From an uncultured Clostridia bacterium (GTDB taxonomy: Bacteria > Bacillota > Clostridia > TANB77 > CAG-508): DNA of 64,000 nt. The stretch covers positions 357-64,356 of the forward strand of contig CALXFH010000008.1 of the NCBI GenBank assembly GCA_944387555.1, given 5' to 3'. A program made the translations under genes and the position numbers. Below the pieces are notes generated by a model that did no database searches, was not told where the DNA came from, and was given only the letters and a program-made list of their open reading frames with translations. Positions 42,016-50,838 of the stretch are shown here, piece by piece. Numbering within the stretch: the first letter of the stretch is position 1; each line of letters begins with the position of its first letter.

Positions 42016-42426
42016 TTATATAATATTATTCACTCTATCTTTTACATTAGTCCATATTTCTTTTAAATTATCATAGGTAAGTAAATCATTTACTTCATCT
42101 GTATTTTTCCAAACAAGTACTTCTCTATCTTTTAATGGTATATCTTTAGAAGTCTCTCCATCATCTGCTGCTAAATAATAATAAACCTCTACATCTTTTT
42201 CTTCTGGTGAATTATATTTTATAATTCCTATTTCTTTATTATCTATTAAATGATTTTTCCTCAATGTCTCTTCTTCAGTTTCTCTTACAGCACATTCTAA
42301 AAGTGTTTCTCCTTCTTCTAAATGTCCTTTTGGAAATGTATAATCTTTTTGCTTTTCTCTATAAACTAATCCTATTTTTTTGTTTTCCAAATTAATTAAT
42401 ATCGTCCCTGCTTTTTTAATACTCAT
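42016..42426 (-). CDS. NUDIX hydrolase
   Basis: Nudix box GHLEEGETLLECAVRETEEET. Confidence 0.85.
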   Translation of the reverse strand: MSIKKAGTILINLENKKIGLVYREKQKDYTFPKGHLEEGETLLECAVRETEEETLRKNHLIDNKEIGIIKYNSPEEKDVEVYYYLAADDGETSKDIPLKDREVLVWKNTDEVNDLLTYDNLKEIWTNVKDRVNNII

Positions 42427-42492
42427 ATTTCCTCCTTGATTTTCTATATTGTACTATAGATTACTTAAAATATCAATTATAATTTATGATAA

Positions 42493-42517
42493 AAGGCAGT
42501 CTAAATTTGACTGCCTT
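42493..42517 (-). terminator. intrinsic terminator of the YabE-like gene
   Basis: aaggcagtc-taaattt-gactgcctt, followed by a T-run on the minus strand. Confidence 0.7.
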
Positions 42518-42537
42518 ACAAATTCCATATTCAATTA

Positions 42538-43476
42538 TTATTGCACTACTGAAACAGTTAAATATCTAACTCCCCATTGTAATGCTTCTGCGTGTGTGTT
42601 AACAAATATATCTATTTTGTTACCATTTACTGCTCCGCCTCTATCTTCTACTGTATAAATATGTCCACCAATGTTTAATTTAGTACCAAAAGCAAATTTT
42701 GAAGATGCTGCCACTGTTCTTCCTGCTGTTGCTTTTGTTCCTGATGCAGTCATTCCTGATGCTTTACCACAACATTTGCTACATGGGCAATATGCTGTAA
42801 CTTTATAAGTAGTTCCGCCACTAGTTGATGCTGTTCCTGTTGGTAAAGCTGCTCTTGTTGTTGCACTTCTTGATGTTGCTTTCTTTTGAACTTGAACAAT
42901 TTTATCAACTGGTTCTGTAATTACTTTTTCAGAAATAACTGTTTTTTCTATTTCAACATCGTTTTGATATTTTACTTTATACGTTACCTCTTTTAAACCA
43001 TCTTTTCCTTGTTGTAAAACTTTTTTTTTTTTTTTTCCAGTAGTTTAACTATTTTTAGTTACGGTTTTATTAGGTGTTGTAACTTGTTCTACAACTATTT
43101 TTTCAGTAATTGGTGCATAGTTCTCTAATAATTGGTCTAGAGATGTTTTAGCACCTTCTTCTGAAATCTTAGCTATTTGAACTTCATTATATGATTTATC
43201 AGTTATTTGAATACTTTGACCTGAAGCTATTTCTTCATTTAGGTCTGGTATTGTCTTTTGATTATCTTCTAATACAATGTTATTTTCTTCTAAAACTTCT
43301 GAAACTGTAGCTTTACTTGTTAAAGCTGTCATTTCATATCCATTTTGAAGAACAATTTTTACGTCTTTTAAGTCAGTATTTACTGCCATTACTCCTATTC
43401 CTGATATTAGAATAAGAATAATTGTTACACAGATAATTTTCATGATAGAAATCGAAGCGTTTTCTTCTTTTTTCAT
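42538..43476 (-). pseudogene. YabE/RpfB-like cell-wall protein (DUF348 - G5 - 3D domains) interrupted by one in-frame TAA
   Basis: Signal anchor and DUF348-like region lie upstream of the TAA at 43045-43047. The G5-like (VLQQGKDGLKEVTYKV) and 3D (YKVTAYCPCSKCCGK...VEDRGGAV) domains continue in the same frame. 43503 minus 42753 is 750, a multiple of 3. Confidence 0.7.
43021..43036 (-). repeat. A16 homopolymer (coding strand) inside the YabE-like gene
   Basis: 16 consecutive T on the plus strand, counted directly. Encodes the K5 run. Confidence 0.95.
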
Positions 43477-43771
43477 CAATTTAATTCCTCCTTTTGGCAA
43501 CAACTTAATTATACTCTATTTTTTAATATTTGTCAAATTTTGCCTAATTCTTACTCGCAGAAGAGCTTTCTAAAATTAGAAATTTATACAATTTGTCCTT
43601 TTTCTTTAAAATTAAGCTTTTATAATATGCATAATATATTATATGTAATTTTTTTAAAATTATTCCTAAATTTTCCATATTAATTTCACAATTTTACCAC
43701 ATTATTATTGTATAAAAATGTATAATATGTTATCATATTTGTATATTATATAGAATAGGAGGAATTTATAA

Positions 43772-44335
43772 ATGGTAGGTTTAATCATTCTAGCTATCGT
43801 AGTAATTCTTATTATTGCCGTTATCGCTATATATAATGGATTAGTAAAAGCAAGAATTAAAGTTGATAACGCTTGGAGTCAAATAGATGTACAACTTCAA
43901 AGAAGATTTGACTTAATCCCAAACTTCGTTGAAACTGTAAAAGGTTATATGACTCATGAAAGTCAAACTTTTGAAAAAATTGCTGACCTTAGAAGTTCTT
44001 GGGCAAATGCAGGAACAGTTTCTGAAAAAGCAAAACTTGATAATGAATTATCAGATACATTAAAAACAATTATGGCTATTTCTGAAAATTATCCTGATTT
44101 AAAAGCAAACCAAAACTTCTCAGAATTATCAGAAGAATTAAGAAATACAGAAAATAAAATTTCTTTTGCTAGACAATTTTATAATGATTCTGTAACTATC
44201 TACAACACAAAATTAGAAGTATTCCCTTCTAACATTATCGCAAGTATATTCAATTTTAAAGCTCGTGACTTATTTAATACAGAAAGCGATGAAGCAAGAA
44301 AAAATGTTAAAGTAGATTTTGGAAGTAACAAATAA
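43772..44335 (+). CDS. lemA: LemA family protein
   Basis: 187 aa with an N-terminal TM helix and LemA-like YNGLVKARIKVDNAWSQIDVQLQRR. Confidence 0.9.
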   Translation: MVGLIILAIVVILIIAVIAIYNGLVKARIKVDNAWSQIDVQLQRRFDLIPNFVETVKGYMTHESQTFEKIADLRSSWANAGTVSEKAKLDNELSDTLKTIMAISENYPDLKANQNFSELSEELRNTENKISFARQFYNDSVTIYNTKLEVFPSNIIASIFNFKARDLFNTESDEARKNVKVDFGSNK

Positions 44336-44400
44336 AAAATCAAATGGGGATTGGAGATATTCTCCAATCCTTTTTTCAAAAGGAAAGGTGTAAATAAGAA

Positions 44401-45309
44401 ATGTTTCAAAGTATAAAGAAAAATAAAATAGAGTCAGGTGTAATAATTGGTATATTTATTGTAGTAATTACATTAATTGTTTATTTTATTTGTAATGCAT
44501 TAAATTTAGGCAGTATTTCTATTGTAATAGCATTAATTTTCTCAATTGCATCTGCATGGGGTTCTTACTATTATAGTGATAAAATAGTCTTATCTGTAAA
44601 TAGAGCAAGACCAGCAACTAAAGAAGAAGACCAGAAATTAGTAAATATTTTAGATAGTTTAATGGTAGCATCAGGCTTACCTTGTAAACCTAGATTATAT
44701 ATTGTAGATGACGCACAGCCAAATGCTTTTGCAACAGGTAGAAACCCAGAAAATGCAGTTATATGTGTAACAACAGGTCTTCTAGAAAAATTAGATTACT
44801 ATGAGTTAGAAGGAGTAATCGCACATGAAATGAGCCATATTAAAAACTATGACATTCGTTTATCTTGTGTTGTTTCTGTTATGGTAGGTTTTATTGTAAT
44901 GCTTGCTGATTTATTCTCTAGAACATTATTCTGGGGCGGATTAAGAGGTAGAGACAATGATAGCGAAAGTAATGCAAATGGTATTTTAATGATTATTGGT
45001 TTAATCTTTTTAATATTATCTCCAATATTCGGTTCTTTAATGCAACTTGCATTATCTAGGAAAAGAGAATTTTTAGCAGACGCAACCGCAGTAGAATTTA
45101 CCAGAAACCCTGATGGGTTGATTTCTGCATTAGAAAAATTAGAAAATGATCCTAACCAACTAGAAACAGCAAACAGTGCTACTGCCAACATGTATATAGT
45201 AAATCCATTTAAGAAAGATACTAAAGAAGGAAAAAGAAGAACAACAAGTATTTGGTCTACACACCCAAGTACAGAAGATCGTATAGCAGCATTAAGAAGT
45301 TTAAAATAG
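44401..45309 (+). CDS. htpX: M48-family zinc protease HtpX-like
   Basis: HEMSHI zinc motif and four TM segments. Confidence 0.9.
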   Translation: MFQSIKKNKIESGVIIGIFIVVITLIVYFICNALNLGSISIVIALIFSIASAWGSYYYSDKIVLSVNRARPATKEEDQKLVNILDSLMVASGLPCKPRLYIVDDAQPNAFATGRNPENAVICVTTGLLEKLDYYELEGVIAHEMSHIKNYDIRLSCVVSVMVGFIVMLADLFSRTLFWGGLRGRDNDSESNANGILMIIGLIFLILSPIFGSLMQLALSRKREFLADATAVEFTRNPDGLISALEKLENDPNQLETANSATANMYIVNPFKKDTKEGKRRTTSIWSTHPSTEDRIAALRSLK

Positions 45310-45352
45310 GGACGTTTCCTTTTGCACAAAAATGCGCAATTGGGGACACATC
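45309..45352. repeat. palindromic-repeat half copy C
   Basis: GGGACGTTTCCTTTTGCACAAAAATGCGCAATTGGGGACACATC matches arm 1 of copy B. Confidence 0.75.
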
Positions 45353-45375
45353 TTAATTAAATAAAGTCAAAGTAA

Positions 45376-45403
45376 AAGATGAAGAAATTATTTTCCTCAT
45401 CTT
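45376..45403. terminator. bidirectional hairpin between convergent htpX and the LamG gene
   Basis: aagatgaagaaa / tttcctcatctt form a 12-bp stem with one mismatch and T-runs on both sides. Confidence 0.55.
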
Positions 45404-46592
45404 AATTTTTGCTTTGAACTAATACATTATGATATGCAACTGTTTTATCATAGTTTGCTTTTACCTCATCTGCTGTTAATACTTTATTATATAATCTACA
45501 AGCATAAATATCTACATTTGAATAATACTCTGTATAAGAAGCTCCTCCTACACGAAATCCTATTGTAAAAGGCACCTGATTATCAGCAAGACTTCCTCCT
45601 AGCATCCATTCCTTGCCACAAGTAGTTCGATCTATAAACTCTCCATTCCAGTATAGGGATATTTCACTATTTTCTATATCTACTACCATTGTTAAATACC
45701 CACCATTTTCTAAATTGAATGTTCCTACATTTTCTTTTCTTACCCAATGTCTCATACTTTCTCCTGGGCTCCAGACTGATTCACTTGGTAAATTAGACAT
45801 ACAACAATAAAAACTTTGATATACAAAATATGTTCTAAATTTATTTGTATATGTAGAACTTTCTGTATCCCCCTTTATTGTCTTACTTAATAAAGATTTA
45901 TCATTATTATCACCTTTCGCATAAAACTCAAATGTTAAACCATTTTCTATATTTACATTAGCTTGAGGATATACTTCTATATAATCATCTACACCATCTA
46001 ATTTAAACTCTGTTTCATTCCAACCGTATCCATCTCCTTCTTGTACTCCATATACAGTTACTCCTTCTCCCCAGGAATTGCTATCTCCCATATTTATTGG
46101 GTCAGCATTTAAAATTATTCCATCTGTCACAGCTAAATTTTCTCCATAAGCTAATTTTACAAATCCTTCTTCTGGTAATTCTATTACTTCTCCTGTTTCA
46201 TAATCTATTACCCATTCATATTTTGTTTCTCCATAATTTTCTAAATTAGTTCCTTTTCCTACAAAGTAACAATTATCTCCATATACAATACCTGTATCAT
46301 TTACTGAAACTATTTTCCAATTGTCTCCGTTAGCTAAAGTTCTATCTCTTAATTCTTCTCCTATATTATATTTTTCATCATTTGTCATTTCTTTATTTAT
46401 CATTGTTAGCTGTATAGCTTCTCTTTCTGATGCTATTTCTGTTTCTTCTTTTGCATTTTGTGCTTGAGTAAGAATCCCATTTTGTCCTGTTAGCATTGCT
46501 ATTGAAACGCCAGCTAAAATTAGTAAAACTATTATAGTGATAACTAAAGCAATAAGTGTAATACCTTCTATTTTTCTTGTCTTTTCTTTCAT
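45402..46592 (-). CDS. prepilin-like N-terminus fused to a LamG / concanavalin-A-like lectin domain
   Basis: N-terminus KIEG-ITLIALVITIIVLLILAGV resembles the type IV pilin methylation motif. The C-terminal LamG-type signature is DIYACRLYNKVLTADEVKANY. Confidence 0.75.
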   Translation of the reverse strand: MKEKTRKIEGITLIALVITIIVLLILAGVSIAMLTGQNGILTQAQNAKEETEIASEREAIQLTMINKEMTNDEKYNIGEELRDRTLANGDNWKIVSVNDTGIVYGDNCYFVGKGTNLENYGETKYEWVIDYETGEVIELPEEGFVKLAYGENLAVTDGIILNADPINMGDSNSWGEGVTVYGVQEGDGYGWNETEFKLDGVDDYIEVYPQANVNIENGLTFEFYAKGDNNDKSLLSKTIKGDTESSTYTNKFRTYFVYQSFYCCMSNLPSESVWSPGESMRHWVRKENVGTFNLENGGYLTMVVDIENSEISLYWNGEFIDRTTCGKEWMLGGSLADNQVPFTIGFRVGGASYTEYYSNVDIYACRLYNKVLTADEVKANYDKTVAYHNVLVQSKN

Positions 46593-46628
46593 TTCTTCCT
46601 TCCTCCTCTTATGTATTTAAAATAATAA

Positions 46629-46645
46629 TATCTTAAATTAAGATA
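46629..46645. promoter_or_regulatory. perfect 8-1-8 palindrome in the divergent LamG/XRE promoter region (candidate operator)
   Basis: TATCTTAA-a-TTAAGATA. A third half-site, tcaagata, lies at 46663-46670. Confidence 0.4.
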
Positions 46646-46695
46646 AAAGTCAATATCGTAATTCAAGATATTATAAAATTTTATTGGTGATTATA

Positions 46696-46917
46696 ATGTA
46701 TAAAAGGATAAAAGATTTAAGAGAAGATAAAGATTTAACACAAAAAACTATTGCTGAATACTTACATATGTCACAAAATGGATACTCTCAATATGAAACA
46801 GACACAAATAAAATTCCTGTTGAAGTCTTAAAAAAACTTGCAATCTATTATGATACAAGTATAGATTATTTAGTTGAATTAACAGATGAAAAGAAACCCT
46901 ATAAAAGAAAAAGATAA
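46696..46917 (+). CDS. XRE-family helix-turn-helix transcriptional regulator
   Basis: LTQKTIAEYLHMSQNGYSQYETD HTH motif. ATG 46696 follows a GGTGA SD. Confidence 0.85.
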   Translation: MYKRIKDLREDKDLTQKTIAEYLHMSQNGYSQYETDTNKIPVEVLKKLAIYYDTSIDYLVELTDEKKPYKRKR

Positions 46918-46929
46918 AAAAAGTAGCTT

Positions 46930-46976
46930 TTCCCGACCACTTTTGGCATATATATATATCAAAAAATGGTCGGGAA
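46930..46976. terminator. hairpin between convergent XRE and tsaC
   Basis: ttcccgacca / tggtcgggaa form a 10-bp GC-containing stem with a 27-nt AT-rich loop. Confidence 0.5.
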
Positions 46977-47009
46977 GTAACGTTTTTAAGTTTTATTTTA
47001 TATATATTT

Positions 47010-47657
47010 TTATTGTTTGGTCTTATATTTTTTTACTACATCTTCTATTTCTTTTTTAGTAATAGAACCTTCTCTTAAAATGTGTGGAATATTATCAACT
47101 ACTTTAACAATGGTAGATGCAATACCTAATTTACTTTCTCCGCTATCTATAATACAATCTACTTTTCCATCAAAATCCTTTATTATATCATTTACATTAG
47201 TTCCACTAGGTTTTCCTGAAATATTTGCACTAGGAGTAGCAATTGGAACACCTGCATATTCAATTAATTTTTTAGCAATTTCACCACTTGGCATACGAAC
47301 ACCAACAGTATCACCATTTGCTGTAAGAATATCTGGTACATCTTTTTTCTTTTTTAATATAATTGTAAATGGTCCTGGCCAGAATTTTTCCATTAAAGCA
47401 TATTCTAAATCCGAAACATCTTTAGCTACCATTTTAACCATTTCCATATTACTTACAAGCAAACTAATTGGCTTACTAAAATCTCTTTTCTTTAATTCAT
47501 AAATTCTTCTAATTCCATCTTCATTAAAACCATTTGTACCTATTCCATAAACGGTTTCAGTTGGGAAAATAACAATTCCACCATTTTTAATAATCTTTGC
47601 TGTTTCTTTTAATTTTTCAAAATCAACATTCTTTCTAAAATCAATATATTTTTGCAT
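47010..47657 (-). CDS. tsaC: L-threonylcarbamoyladenylate synthase (Sua5/YwlC/TsaC family)
   Basis: 215 aa, IFPTETVYGIG motif. Confidence 0.9.
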   Translation of the reverse strand: MQKYIDFRKNVDFEKLKETAKIIKNGGIVIFPTETVYGIGTNGFNEDGIRRIYELKKRDFSKPISLLVSNMEMVKMVAKDVSDLEYALMEKFWPGPFTIILKKKKDVPDILTANGDTVGVRMPSGEIAKKLIEYAGVPIATPSANISGKPSGTNVNDIIKDFDGKVDCIIDSGESKLGIASTIVKVVDNIPHILREGSITKKEIEDVVKKYKTKQ

Positions 47658-47693
47658 AATTTACTTCCTTTATCTCAATAAACACTTTATATA

Positions 47694-47738
47694 GATGTGT
47701 CCCCAAATGCTCAAAAATGTGCAATTGGAAACGTCCCC
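47694..47738. repeat. palindromic-repeat half copy D, inverted relative to C
   Basis: GATGTGTCCCCAAATGCTCAAAAATGTGCAATTGGAAACGTCCCC. The inner 11 nt are the exact complement of the inner end of copy C. Confidence 0.75.
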
Positions 47739-47791
47739 AATTTACCCAATTTAAAAACTAGTAGTACTAACTACTAGCTTTCATATAAAAA

Positions 47792-48214
47792 TTATTTATT
47801 GTCATCTGATTTTTGTGTTTTCTTTGTATTTTTAGCAATTTCTGTTGTATTTCTACAGATTACTAAAAGAATTAGAGAAAATTCATAAATAACTCTTACA
47901 ACTATATTTCCTACTACTAACATTAATAAGAAGCTTAAGAAACTTGTTCCTATTAAAGCAAATGATCCTAATGTTACATAGATTGCAAGAATTAAATATG
48001 TTACTTTTAGTAAAACTTCTAAGAACATTTTCTTAAATGATAAAAAGTCATATAGCCATCCAAGAAATCCTGTGAATTTTCCTTCGTTTTTCTTACTTAA
48101 AAATAAGCAATAAACTAAAATTCCACCTACTATTGCAAGTATTAATGATACTATAAGCCATACTGTACTTCCTACAGCGCTAGATAATGCATATGATGAT
48201 CTTGTTCCGAACAT
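47792..48214 (-). CDS. small integral membrane protein (possibly DUF4282-like)
   Basis: 140 aa with 3-4 hydrophobic segments and a basic C-terminal tail. Confidence 0.65.
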   Translation of the reverse strand: MFGTRSSYALSSAVGSTVWLIVSLILAIVGGILVYCLFLSKKNEGKFTGFLGWLYDFLSFKKMFLEVLLKVTYLILAIYVTLGSFALIGTSFLSFLLMLVVGNIVVRVIYEFSLILLVICRNTTEIAKNTKKTQKSDDNK

Positions 48215-48372
48215 AGTTAATTCCCCCCTTTATTTTTTCCATATTTTATCACAAAATTTAAGTTTCGTCAAATTTTACAAAAAATCGACAAAACTTAATT
48301 TATCCTTATTTAATTATATTTACAAAATTTTATTAATATTCTAATTATATAAAATTTGCTAAGTTTTCAAAA

Positions 48373-49155
48373 TCACTTAATTTTAAATATTTTCTTAGCA
48401 TTTTCGTAAGTAATTTTTCCAACTTCTTCGCTTGACATTCCTTTTACTTCTGCTATTTTATTTGCTATATATTTAACATTTCTAGGGTCATTTCTTCTTC
48501 CTCTTAAAGGTTCTGGTGATAAATAAGGGCTATCTGTTTCAATTAGCATTTTATCATTTGGCACCATTTCTATTATTTCATTTGCATTTTTAGAATTTTT
48601 AAATGTTACAGGTCCTGCAAATGATATATAAAATCCAAGTTTTAATCCTTCTTTTACAAGTTCTCTATTTAGAGGACAACAATGAAATACTCCTTTATTT
48701 TCAACTTTATTTTCTTTTAAAATCTTTAAAGTATCCATTACAGCTTCTCTTGTATGTATTACTATTGGTAAATCCAATTTATTTGCCATATTGATTTGTT
48801 CTATAAAAGCCTTTCTTTGGATTTCTCTCATTTTTTCATCTTTTTCCCAATAATAATCTAATCCGATTTCTCCGATTGCTAAAACTTTTGAATTTTCTTT
48901 AGCTAATCTTTCAATTTCTTCTAGCATTTTCCACAATTCATCTTCAGTTTGTGGAATATCATTAGGAGAAATGCCTACTGTTGCATATATAAAATCATAT
49001 TTTTTAGATAGGTCTATTGCTTTTTTTGAACCTTCTAAACTATATCCTGCTGAAATAAAACCTATATTCTCTCTATGGATTTTTTCTATTACCTCTTCTC
49101 TATCTAAATCAAATTTTTCATCATCTAAATGTGCATGATTATCAAAAAACTTCAT
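48373..49155 (-). CDS. tatD: TatD-family metal-dependent hydrolase
   Basis: 260 aa, FDNHAHL N-terminus, TatD-like throughout. Confidence 0.92.
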   Translation of the reverse strand: MKFFDNHAHLDDEKFDLDREEVIEKIHRENIGFISAGYSLEGSKKAIDLSKKYDFIYATVGISPNDIPQTEDELWKMLEEIERLAKENSKVLAIGEIGLDYYWEKDEKMREIQRKAFIEQINMANKLDLPIVIHTREAVMDTLKILKENKVENKGVFHCCPLNRELVKEGLKLGFYISFAGPVTFKNSKNANEIIEMVPNDKMLIETDSPYLSPEPLRGRRNDPRNVKYIANKIAEVKGMSSEEVGKITYENAKKIFKIK

Positions 49156-49177
49156 ATTTATATCATTTCATCCTTTC

Positions 49178-49552
49178 CTATTTTGATAAAACTGTTACAT
49201 TTGCTACTGCATATTCCTTACAATGTGAAATACTAATATCAATATCTTCTATATCTTTTAAGTCAACGCCAATTATTTTTAAAGTAGGTCTTCCTTGCTC
49301 TGTATTTATTACTTCAAAATCTTTCCAACAAACAGAATACTTATCACCTATCTTCCAAGAAAGCGCCTTAAAAGCCGCCTCTTTTGCCGCAAACCTTGCT
49401 GCATAGTGTTGGTATTTTTGTTTTTTCTTACTTTCACAATATTCAATTTCATTTTCAGTAAATACTCTTTCTAAAAAAGCTTTACCGTTTTTTTCTATAC
49501 TTTCTTTAATTCTACTAATTTCAATAATATCAGTTCCACAAGTTACTTTCAT
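49178..49552 (-). CDS. acpS: holo-[acyl-carrier-protein] synthase
   Basis: 124 aa, GTDIIEISRI and ISISHCKEYA. Confidence 0.92.
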   Translation of the reverse strand: MKVTCGTDIIEISRIKESIEKNGKAFLERVFTENEIEYCESKKKQKYQHYAARFAAKEAAFKALSWKIGDKYSVCWKDFEVINTEQGRPTLKIIGVDLKDIEDIDISISHCKEYAVANVTVLSK

Positions 49553-49591
49553 TTCTTTCTCCTTAAAAAATGAGACAAAAAGGCCCGTCCC

Positions 49592-50809
49592 CTACTGTCT
49601 CATTAAAAATATAAAATTTAATATATTAAATATTAATGATGCCACAAGTACTAGTCCAATTACAATCGTTGATATTTTATTTTTTTCTATATTTAAATCT
49701 TTATATAATATATCATATTTATTTTTTACTTGGTTATATAAACTTTCTAATTCTAATGTTTCCCCAATTCTATGGTTTAACATTGTTCCTGTTTCATCAT
49801 CTGTTATTTCCCTTATCCACAAGTTTTTAGTAAACTCTATAAATTCTTTCCTTGCTTTTTTTACTTGCTTTGGATTTTTTAATTGCAATTCTATTTTCTT
49901 TAGATATATTTTCTTATATAAATTAATTATATATGTATATAAGAATTGATTTTCAAATTCATCTGGAAGTATTGTATAATTATTCATGTCTTCACTTGAT
50001 GAAAATAACATCACTCCCAATTTACTTAATGCTAATTTTGCATATTTCCAAGTTGATATAGTTGTTATTTTTTCTTCTTCTAATTTTCTGCTATTATCTG
50101 CTGGTAATACATTTGCAAATCTTATATAATGATGTATTATTTTTTCAAAATCAGAATTACTATTCCATGCTTCCTGGTCTATACATATATATGAATATGT
50201 TAAAAATCTTTCTGTATCTATATCAAGTTTTACTGCATCTAAATTAGCCCCTGTTATTTTTCTTATAAAACTCTTAAATGTTTCTGCGTTCTCAAAGCTA
50301 TTTGTTTGAAGACGTATATTATCATAATCATCTAGCCCTACATCACTATTTATATCTCTAAATTTATAATTAAAATTTAATATATTTGAAAAGTTATTAT
50401 CATCCTCCACATTTGTCTTCATGACTAGAAAACATATTCCACTTTCAAAACATACAATTTCTAACTTAGATATTGTAAAAAATATTCCTTTTCTATCATC
50501 TATCTTTCCTTGTATATCCTTATTTATTCTATATTCAAATATATTACAAGGATATTTAGAAAGAATAGCTGCTCTTGTTTCATCTGGCAATTCTTCTAAT
50601 TTCTTTATCTTACTACTTCCAAAACTAAAACTTGAAAACAAGAAATCTCTTGTTTTAGGCAAAAAGTATTGATACATTTTAAAGTCTTTTTCTTTTTGGA
50701 ATGTTTTTAACCTAAAATCTTTATCCCTTAACATTTTTAATATGTATTTTTGATATTTTCCTTCTTTTATCACAAATGGATAAATAAAATATGTGTATTG
50801 ATAATTCAT
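49592..50809 (-). CDS. hypothetical tail-anchored protein
   Basis: About 405 aa with a single C-terminal TM helix (ISTIVIGLVLVASLIFNILNFIFL). No family recognised. Start taken at MNYQYTYFIYPF. Confidence 0.65.
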   Translation of the reverse strand: MNYQYTYFIYPFVIKEGKYQKYILKMLRDKDFRLKTFQKEKDFKMYQYFLPKTRDFLFSSFSFGSSKIKKLEELPDETRAAILSKYPCNIFEYRINKDIQGKIDDRKGIFFTISKLEIVCFESGICFLVMKTNVEDDNNFSNILNFNYKFRDINSDVGLDDYDNIRLQTNSFENAETFKSFIRKITGANLDAVKLDIDTERFLTYSYICIDQEAWNSNSDFEKIIHHYIRFANVLPADNSRKLEEEKITTISTWKYAKLALSKLGVMLFSSSEDMNNYTILPDEFENQFLYTYIINLYKKIYLKKIELQLKNPKQVKKARKEFIEFTKNLWIREITDDETGTMLNHRIGETLELESLYNQVKNKYDILYKDLNIEKNKISTIVIGLVLVASLIFNILNFIFLMRQ

Positions 50810-50838
50810 CTTTAGTTCCATATAATCTCTCCTCTTAT

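Noticed and set aside
42538-42753. The 71-aa ORF as a stand-alone 3D-domain gene.
   Set aside because: It is merely the first in-frame Met of the C-terminal part of the interrupted YabE-like gene, and it has no SD.
43021-43036. The A16 tract as the cause of a frameshift splitting the YabE-like gene.
   Set aside because: Counting codons shows the upstream and downstream parts are in the same frame (43503 minus 42753 is 750). The only disruption is the TAA at 43045-43047. The tract is in frame at its present length.
43477-43771. c-di-AMP (ydaO-type) riboswitch upstream of the YabE-like gene.
   Set aside because: The region is almost pure AT, with no conserved ydaO helices visible.
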